From contig VBGV01000067.1 of the NCBI GenBank assembly GCA_005880755.1, positions 1 through 30,318 on the forward strand: a stretch of 30,318 nucleotides of DNA, read 5' to 3'. Positions within the stretch are counted from its first letter, which is position 1, and each line of letters begins with the position of its first letter. A program made the position numbers and the translations under genes. This DNA comes from Chloroflexota bacterium (GTDB taxonomy: Bacteria; Chloroflexota; Dormibacteria; Dormibacterales; Dormibacteraceae). Shown here piece after piece: positions 24,839-30,318 of this stretch. Under the pieces are notes generated by a model that saw only the letters and a list, made by a program, of their open reading frames with translations, was not told the origin of the DNA and searched no databases.

Positions 24839-25363
24839 TTACGGAAGGTCGTCAGCGAGCTGGGTGAGGTTCGACCAGCGATAGACCTGGTGCATCGCGC
24901 CTTCGGCCCACGACACCGGCTCGAGTCCGATCCGCGATCCTCCTAGCCGTTCGTAAAAGCGCGCCGCCGCGTCGTTTCCCGCGATAACTCCCAGACGCAT
25001 GCTGTCGTACCCGCGTACGTGCAAGTGGGCGGCCGTCGATTGCATGAGCTGAGTTCCCATCCCATGGCCCCGAAATTCACTCAGCACGTGAAGCGACTCG
25101 AGCCAGGGTTCCGGCTCGCGCGCCATGTACGTAAGCGCAAATCCGCCGATCGCCTCGGCTCCATCGACCGCAACCAGGAGAAGCGTCCCGGGGAGCCCTA
25201 CGGCTTGGCGCAGGTCCTCGAGCTGAGCCTCACGATCAAGGAATGGGCTGAGCACCTTGCGGTCGAGAAGCGCCCCGTAGGTGTCGGCCCAGTTGCGGAC
25301 CTTGATCTCGCTGACACGGGGAAGATCCGCTGCGACCCCTTCGCGAATCGAGAAGCTGGACGT
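24839..25363 (-). CDS. GNAT-family N-acetyltransferase; canonical start missing, probable ACG start (or start-codon mutation)
   Basis: Motif A WLESLHVLSEFRGHGMGTQLM and LGVIAGNDAAARFYERLG. The GNAT N-terminus (SFSIREGVAADLPRVSEIKVRNWADTY) lies upstream of the track's GTG 25255, in an open frame with no ATG/GTG/TTG. Confidence 0.78.
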   Translation of the reverse strand, partial: TSSFSIREGVAADLPRVSEIKVRNWADTYGALLDRKVLSPFLDREAQLEDLRQAVGLPGTLLLVAVDGAEAIGGFALTYMAREPEPWLESLHVLSEFRGHGMGTQLMQSTAAHLHVRGYDSMRLGVIAGNDAAARFYERLGGSRIGLEPVSWAEGAMHQVYRWSNLTQLADDLP

Positions 25364-25381
25364 GGGGTCAGGATATCCGCG

Positions 25382-25732
25382 CTACAGCGAGAGGATCGGG
25401 TGGACCTCGACGGTGCCTCCCTGCGCGGCCGGGTTTTTGGCCGCCCAGGCGGCCGCCTCGGCCCGGTCCTTGCACTCGAGGACGAAGTAGCCGTTGAGCC
25501 AGGGGGATTGGGCGTGCATCGGGCCATCGGTGGTCTTGGCGTGACCGTCGTGGACCGAGACGCTAAAGCCGGCGGCGGAAGGCTGGCAGGGATCTCCATC
25601 CTTGAACGCGCCCGCCGCTTTCACCTCGTCCAGGTACTTCGCGAAAGCCTCGATCTGGGCGTTGAGCTCGGGTGAACCGTATGGAGGCGCTTTGGACTCG
25701 TCGACGTACTGAAGGAAGATGTACCGGGCCAT
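25382..25732 (-). CDS. YciI/DGPF-family protein
   Basis: AGAGGAGA RBS before ATG 25732 (MARYIFLQY). TTDGPM (DGPF variant), LNGYFVLEC, AAAWAAKNP, GTVEVHP. Confidence 0.85.
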   Translation of the reverse strand: MARYIFLQYVDESKAPPYGSPELNAQIEAFAKYLDEVKAAGAFKDGDPCQPSAAGFSVSVHDGHAKTTDGPMHAQSPWLNGYFVLECKDRAEAAAWAAKNPAAQGGTVEVHPILSL

Positions 25733-25773
25733 GTGATTCTCTCCTCTGTGCAATGGGTGCTTGTCACCCATAC

Positions 25774-25800
25774 GACGAATGACAATGGCCCGATTCGACA
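25774..25800 (-). promoter_or_regulatory. ECF42-type promoter (TGTCGA-N17-CGTC) upstream of the DGPF gene
   Basis: -35 TGTCGA at 25795-25800 and -10 CGTC at 25774-25777 on the minus strand, with a 17-nt spacer. Confidence 0.62.
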
Positions 25801-25824
25801 AGGCCGCTCGGCCTTAACTCGGCA

Positions 25825-26526
25825 TCAATCGTCCATGCACGGCGGGTCGTCATCGCCCGGCGAACCCTCGGCGGGACAAACCTGGATGGTGGTCAGACCT
25901 GAAGACTGAAACGCCTCGTTGAATGCGTTGCTGGGTGTGATGCTGCCAGGACCAGCCACGACGGTAGCGTTGAGCTGATTGATGAGGACGCCAGACTGAC
26001 CGGAGTCCACGAACTGCGATCCGTCTGGAGTCGTGATCCGGGCTTGATAGGCAAGGCCAAAGGGGCACGCACAGACCTCGCGAAAAGTGCCGCTGATGGT
26101 TGGTCCCCCAGGGATGACAAACGCTGAGAAGTCGTAGCACGTCCCGAACACAGAGCTCGGCATGACCAGCGTCTTGACGCCTGTCACCTTACCGACTGGG
26201 GAATTGATCGCAAATGCCGCATCGAACGAAGTCACCGGACCAGACTGAAAACCGTTGATGAAGCGCGGTGCGTTCTCCGGGCCGATAGTGAAGCGGCCGA
26301 CTTCGGCGAAGGTCCCCGGATAGGGTCCATTTGCGACACCGGTTACAAAATAAGTGATCGTTGACGTTCCTCCTGGATTACAGGTCGCGGCGATCTGAGG
26401 CGCTCCACTCAGGAACTCAAGGCTCAGAACCGGTGGTGCTGTTGAAGCCGCCGCAACCATTGGACTGGTGGCGAGCGGAATCGCCGACAACCCGGCAATC
26501 GCAAGACGAACCATCAAACCCATCAT
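25825..26526 (-). CDS. Secreted beta-rich hypothetical protein (lower GC)
   Basis: Start moved to ATG 26526 (MMGLMVRLAIAGLSAIPLATSPMVAAA, a signal peptide). -10 TACACT at 26568-26573. Six cysteines in the mature part. Confidence 0.62.
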   Translation of the reverse strand: MMGLMVRLAIAGLSAIPLATSPMVAAASTAPPVLSLEFLSGAPQIAATCNPGGTSTITYFVTGVANGPYPGTFAEVGRFTIGPENAPRFINGFQSGPVTSFDAAFAINSPVGKVTGVKTLVMPSSVFGTCYDFSAFVIPGGPTISGTFREVCACPFGLAYQARITTPDGSQFVDSGQSGVLINQLNATVVAGPGSITPSNAFNEAFQSSGLTTIQVCPAEGSPGDDDPPCMDD

Positions 26527-26676
26527 GTCCCGACCCCCATGTGATGACCCGACGGCCCTTGGGTCGAAGTGTATGCCAGGTAGCCGAACTGTGGTGGCCA
26601 CGGTGGAAACCACCTTCGCCGTGTTAACGGGCAGGGTTTGCGATACGTCCGGCCTCGTGCATGCTTGTCGATATAC

Positions 26677-27237
26677 ATGGATGACTCCGACCGACCCTCC
26701 CTTGACCCGACAATTGGACACGCCATAGTCGCATTCGGCTCGAGCCAGAGTTGCTCACTCGAAAGCCGGGCTGCCGTCTCGGTTGCTGTCGACGTTCTGC
26801 GCGACTGCCTGAAAGAAGACTTGAACGACATAATGTCCGGGCGAAAGCCGATGAATACAGATGCATATCTGCCCCCGACTTGGCGGATTGGAGTCGACGA
26901 AGCCTTCATGGTCGGTATGACTAACGCCATGAGATCGGTGGAGAGGGGCCTGCACGATGCCGGTTGGGAAGGGCCCGCCAACACCGCTGAAGAGTTGTGC
27001 TTAAAGGCGATTTTCGACCACGCCAGCGATGTCGTGCCCGAGATCTACAAGGTAGAGGATGAAAACCGGCTTAGAGATGACCTCATGGACTTGCGCGAAC
27101 TTGGCTTTCAGGATATCGACCATGAGTTTCTGTTTGAGCCGGAGATGGACGGCATCGACAGAAGCGATTTGGGTGCCCATTTGGGCATGCAGTCTCTGTC
27201 GCGGCGCGACGCCTTCAAGAGGTTCTCGAATCGCTAG
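26677..27237 (+). CDS. Acidic hypothetical protein (lower GC)
   Basis: ATG 26677. C-terminal pattern PANTAEELCLKAI...FQDIDHEFLFEPEMDGID...LGMQSL...F..F looks like a conserved family. Function unknown. Confidence 0.65.
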   Translation: MDDSDRPSLDPTIGHAIVAFGSSQSCSLESRAAVSVAVDVLRDCLKEDLNDIMSGRKPMNTDAYLPPTWRIGVDEAFMVGMTNAMRSVERGLHDAGWEGPANTAEELCLKAIFDHASDVVPEIYKVEDENRLRDDLMDLRELGFQDIDHEFLFEPEMDGIDRSDLGAHLGMQSLSRRDAFKRFSNR

Positions 27238-27290
27238 CCGATCGTCGCGGATTGGACGGTCAACGCACCAATCTATCCGATCGAAAGCGC

Positions 27291-28004
27291 CTAGACGCCC
27301 AGGTACCGCCTCTGCAATGCATGGTCGTCTCGAAACGCCGCCGCCGGCGCCTCGTGCACGACCTCGCCCCTCTCCATCACATAGATGCGATCGGCGACTT
27401 CGAAGGCCAGCGCCAGGTTCTGCTCGGCGATCAGGATTGAAAGCCCCATCTCGTGCCGCAGCCGGGCGATGAGGTCGCCCAGGACCCGTACGACTTGCGG
27501 CGCCAATCCTTCCGAAGGCTCGTCCAGCAGCAGCAGGCGCGGGCGGGCCATCAAGGCGCGTCCGATGGCGAGCATCTGCTGCTCACCGCCCGACAGAGCG
27601 CTCCCGGCCGCGGCGGACCGGACGCCGAGGGCGGGAAACAGCGAATAGATCCCGGCGAGGTTGCCGCTCCCTGACGCCAGGGTCAGGTTTTCACGAACGC
27701 TGAGCGTGGCGAAGATCCGCCGGCCCTGCGGCACCAGGGACACCCCGCTGCGGGCGACCCGATATGACGGCAGGCCCGCCACCGACTGGCCGTCGATCTG
27801 CACCGATCCCGTCATGGGACGGAGCGCCCCGGCGATGGCCATCAGCGTCGTCGACTTGCCGGCCCCGTTGCGGCCGAGCAAGGCAACCGCTTCGCCCGGC
27901 CCTACTCGAAGCGTCACCTGGCGAACGGCGACACTGGCGCCGTAACCCGCGGTCAGGCGATCGACGGCAAGCCTGTTCGGGGTCGTAGGCTCAGATCGCG
28001 CCAA
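27291..28004 (-). CDS. livF: Branched-chain amino acid-type ABC transporter ATP-binding subunit
   Basis: LLGRNGAGKST, LVPQGRRIFATLSVRENL, LSGGEQQMLAIGRALM, LLLDEPSEGLAP, AEQN. Start placed at TTG 28004. Confidence 0.88.
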   Translation of the reverse strand: MARSEPTTPNRLAVDRLTAGYGASVAVRQVTLRVGPGEAVALLGRNGAGKSTTLMAIAGALRPMTGSVQIDGQSVAGLPSYRVARSGVSLVPQGRRIFATLSVRENLTLASGSGNLAGIYSLFPALGVRSAAAGSALSGGEQQMLAIGRALMARPRLLLLDEPSEGLAPQVVRVLGDLIARLRHEMGLSILIAEQNLALAFEVADRIYVMERGEVVHEAPAAAFRDDHALQRRYLGV

Positions 28005-28731
28005 GGTAAACCTCTTGCACTCGAGGATTGGCGCGTACCTCGGCCGGAGTCCCGTCGGCGATCTTGACGCCGTGATCGAGCACCGAGATGCGCTGGGCCA
28101 ACGCAAACACGGCATCGAGGTCGTGCTCGACGATCACCACAGTGACGTCTTCTGGCAGGGCCTGCAGGCGCTCCAGCGTTAGGCGACGCTCCGCTCCGGA
28201 GAGCCCGGCCATCGGCTCGTCGATCAACAGCGCTGAGGGCACGGCCGCCAGCGCCACCTCGATCTCGAGGATGCGCCGTTCGCCGTGGCCCAGGCCGGCT
28301 GCACGCCGGCGGGCGAGGTGCGCGATGCCGCCCGCCTCAAGCCGGCCCTGGACTTCGGTGTTGACAGCCCGCTCCCGCGCAGGCCAGAAGCGCCAGCCTC
28401 CATGAAGTCGAGCTCGCACCGCCAGGGTCACGTTTTCCGCGACGGAGAGCTGGTCGAAAAGGGTTGAACGCTGGAAGGTACGCCCGAGGCCGAGTCGAGC
28501 ACGCCGCCACGCGGGAAGGGGCGTTGCATCCTGTTCGCCCAGATGCACCAAGCCTTCGGTTGGCCGCAGCTCACCGGCGATCACGTTGAGAAGCGTGGTT
28601 TTGCCGGCGCCGTTGGGGCCGATTACGGCGCGGCGCTCGCCGGCGGCGACGTCGATGTCGACGCGGCTCAGGGCGGCCACAGCCCCGAAACGCACCGTCA
28701 CGCCCGCCACCGACACGCGCATTTCGATCAA
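27991..28731 (-). CDS. livG: Branched-chain amino acid-type ABC transporter ATP-binding subunit
   Basis: IGPNGAGKTT, GLGRTFQ, LIDEPMAGLS, IVEHDL, GTPAEVRANPRVQEVYLG. The start is TTG 28731 (overlapping the livM stop) or ATG 28722. Confidence 0.88.
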   Translation of the reverse strand: MIEMRVSVAGVTVRFGAVAALSRVDIDVAAGERRAVIGPNGAGKTTLLNVIAGELRPTEGLVHLGEQDATPLPAWRRARLGLGRTFQRSTLFDQLSVAENVTLAVRARLHGGWRFWPARERAVNTEVQGRLEAGGIAHLARRRAAGLGHGERRILEIEVALAAVPSALLIDEPMAGLSGAERRLTLERLQALPEDVTVVIVEHDLDAVFALAQRISVLDHGVKIADGTPAEVRANPRVQEVYLGAI

Positions 28732-29678
28732 GCCCTCCGGACGAGCCCGACCAGGCCGCGCGGCACGAAGAGAACAAAGGCGATGAAGAGCGAGCCGAGG
28801 ATCAGCTCCCACCGAGGCACGTAGGTGGACAGGCCCAGCTGACCGAAAAGCACCGCAAAGGCGCCCAGCACCGGACCGACGAGTGAGCGCGCGCCGCCCA
28901 CCACCACAGCCACCAACGCGAGGCCGGACACCGTCCAGTACAGAAGATCGGGGGTGGCGTAGCCATTCGACATTGCGGCCAGCGATCCGGCAATCCCGGC
29001 GATCGAGCCTGCAATGACGAACGCGGCCAATCGATAGCGAAAGCTCGGGTAGCCCAGCGCGCGCATGCGTCGCTCGTTGTCCCGGATGCCTTCGAGTGTC
29101 TTGCCGAATGGCGAGCGCGCGAGCATCTCGAGCAACAAAAAGGTGAGGATGGCAACCACCAAGCACAGAAAGAAGAACGGCCCGCGCTCGTAGAGAGAGA
29201 TGTTCAATGCATCGAGACCGGCGAGCGTGGGCCGCGGGATGCCGATGAGTCCGTCCGTGCCCCGGGTGAGAGAGGTCCAGTTGACCGCCAGGCCCCACAG
29301 CATCTGGCCAAAGGCCAGCGTCAGCATCAAAAAGTAGATGCCGGTGGTGCGCAACGACAGCGCACCGATCGGAGCCGCAATGAGCGCCCCGGCGGCCGCA
29401 CCTACTACCAGCAGAGGAATGAGCCCGTCGACCTGGCGCAGGGCGAGCAGCGCGCATGCGTAAGCACCCACGCCATAGAAGGCGGCGTGCCCAAACGAGG
29501 GAAGACCCGCGTAGCCCAGGAGAAAGTCGAGGGACATCGCGAAGATGGCGAAGATCAACGCCTGCGTGGCGATGTAGATCCAGAAACGAGGCGCCCACAT
29601 CGGGACCGACGCCAGAGCCAGGGTCAGGATCGCCAGAAGGCCGGGCCTCCAGGCAGCACGGAAGCGACCTCGAATCAC
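28728..29678 (-). CDS. livM: Branched-chain amino acid-type ABC transporter permease
   Basis: FLLGYAGLPSFGHAAFYGVGAY, LRTTGIYFLMLTLAF, SPFGKTLEGIRDNE, VVVGG. Confidence 0.88.
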   Translation of the reverse strand: MIRGRFRAAWRPGLLAILTLALASVPMWAPRFWIYIATQALIFAIFAMSLDFLLGYAGLPSFGHAAFYGVGAYACALLALRQVDGLIPLLVVGAAAGALIAAPIGALSLRTTGIYFLMLTLAFGQMLWGLAVNWTSLTRGTDGLIGIPRPTLAGLDALNISLYERGPFFFLCLVVAILTFLLLEMLARSPFGKTLEGIRDNERRMRALGYPSFRYRLAAFVIAGSIAGIAGSLAAMSNGYATPDLLYWTVSGLALVAVVVGGARSLVGPVLGAFAVLFGQLGLSTYVPRWELILGSLFIAFVLFVPRGLVGLVRRA

Positions 29679-30316
29679 ATCCGGCGCCCAAGCAGCCCGG
29701 AGGGCCGAACCACGAGCACAGCCGCCATCAACGCGAAGATCAGACCAATCGCAAACTGAGGGAAGAGGCTGGTACCGATCACGTATCCCAGCCCGACCAG
29801 TGCCGCGCCCAGGAGGGCGCCCTCGATCGAGCCCAGGCCGCCGAGGACCACGACGACCAGCGCGAGGATCAGGACGTTCGCGTCCATCCCCGGATAGATG
29901 GCGAACTCAGGGGCAGCGATCACTCCCGCCAGGCCCGCCAGCCCCGCGCCGAACGCAAAAGTGAGCGTGAAGACCCTCGGGAGATTGATGCCAAGGAGGC
30001 CCGCCATCTCCTTGTCCTCGACGCCCGCCCTCAGCACGGCCCCGACGCGCAAGGATCGCCAGCCGACGAGAAGCAAGGCGCCGACCACCGTCGCCACAGC
30101 CAGGACGAAAAGGCTGTATGCGCTGAAGGTGGCGCCTAGCACCTGGACGGCACCCTCGAGGCCAGAAGGCGGCGGGATGGAGCGCGTCGTCGGCCCGAAC
30201 TGGGAGCGGATCAGGTCGACGAACACGAGCGTGAAGCCGAAGGTCAGCAGCACCTGCGCAAGGTGTCCACGGCCGTACACGCGCCGAAAGAACACGAGCT
30301 CGAGCGCCGCGCCGAT
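29675..30316 (-). CDS. livH: Branched-chain amino acid-type ABC transporter permease, 5' truncated by the window edge
   Basis: The frame is open to the window end (IGAALELVFFRR...). LLTFG, GAVLRAGVEDKEMAGLLGIN, VVVLGGLGSIEGA, RPSGLLG. Confidence 0.86.
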   Translation of the reverse strand: MGAALELVFFRRVYGRGHLAQVLLTFGFTLVFVDLIRSQFGPTTRSIPPPSGLEGAVQVLGATFSAYSLFVLAVATVVGALLLVGWRSLRVGAVLRAGVEDKEMAGLLGINLPRVFTLTFAFGAGLAGLAGVIAAPEFAIYPGMDANVLILALVVVVLGGLGSIEGALLGAALVGLGYVIGTSLFPQFAIGLIFALMAAVLVVRPSGLLGRRM

Positions 30317-30318
30317 GA

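Noticed and set aside
25382-25384. Pyrrolysine or selenocysteine recoding at the YciI TAG
   Set aside because: No pyl or sel genes in the window, the codon is TAG so Sec does not apply, and no convincing downstream structure. Only generic read-through is kept as a minor alternative.
27238-27290. Loose inverted repeat (CGATCG...GATTGG / CCAATC...CGATCG) as a possible att site or island boundary
   Set aside because: The arms are imperfect and of unequal length, there is no matching sequence at the other end of the low-GC segment, and no recombinase is present.
28732-29691. Apparent 566-aa fusion upstream of livG
   Set aside because: The extension is an off-frame read of livM. The ABC domain starts at 28731 or 28722.
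1-30318. CRISPR arrays, tRNA/rRNA genes, IS elements, prophage or anti-phage defence genes
   Set aside because: No regularly spaced repeats, cloverleaf or rRNA-like sequence, transposase/integrase motifs or recognisable defence domains were seen.

Overview
30.3 kb of gene-dense, high-GC bacterial chromosome. It looks like a soil Actinomycetota/Chloroflexota/Dormibacterota-type organism, but the taxon cannot be fixed from the sequence alone. I recognised no rRNA, tRNA, CRISPR array, transposase or integrase. Left half: a 5'-truncated GcvT-family amine dehydrogenase; a hydrolase/degenerate-cyclase/LuxR regulator followed by DUF4242 and a secreted protein; a choline/ethanolamine kinase-like gene; and an amine catabolism operon (gabT, patD, YdcSTUV/Pot-like ABC transporter) with a PuuB-like FAD oxidase nearby. 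Middle: SAM methyltransferase, UdgX, a Leu/Phe/Val dehydrogenase and a divergent arsM/arsR pair. Right half: accessory membrane and secreted proteins (beta-propeller lipoprotein, GT-C glycosyltransferase, ScyD/ScyE, DUF4013), a GNAT, a YciI/DGPF gene, a two-gene lower-GC insert, and a liv-type ABC transporter cut by the window end. The best candidate for an uncharacterised system is the one-component module at 1959-4440. It has an intact alpha/beta-hydrolase, a class III cyclase domain lacking its catalytic residues, and a LuxR HTH. It sits directly upstream of a repeat-rich promoter and a DUF4242 + secreted His/Cys protein operon. Other signals: a GNAT gene whose only plausible start is ACG, in frame with the upstream TAG; overlapping bidirectional -10 elements and leaderless genes; an ECF42-type promoter with no cognate sigma gene in the window; a BoxC-like palindrome possibly translated inside ArsR; two probable microproteins; an internally duplicated 4-TM protein; and a remnant of a deleted ATPase/TPR regulator. 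Motif assignments are by eye, without database searches.
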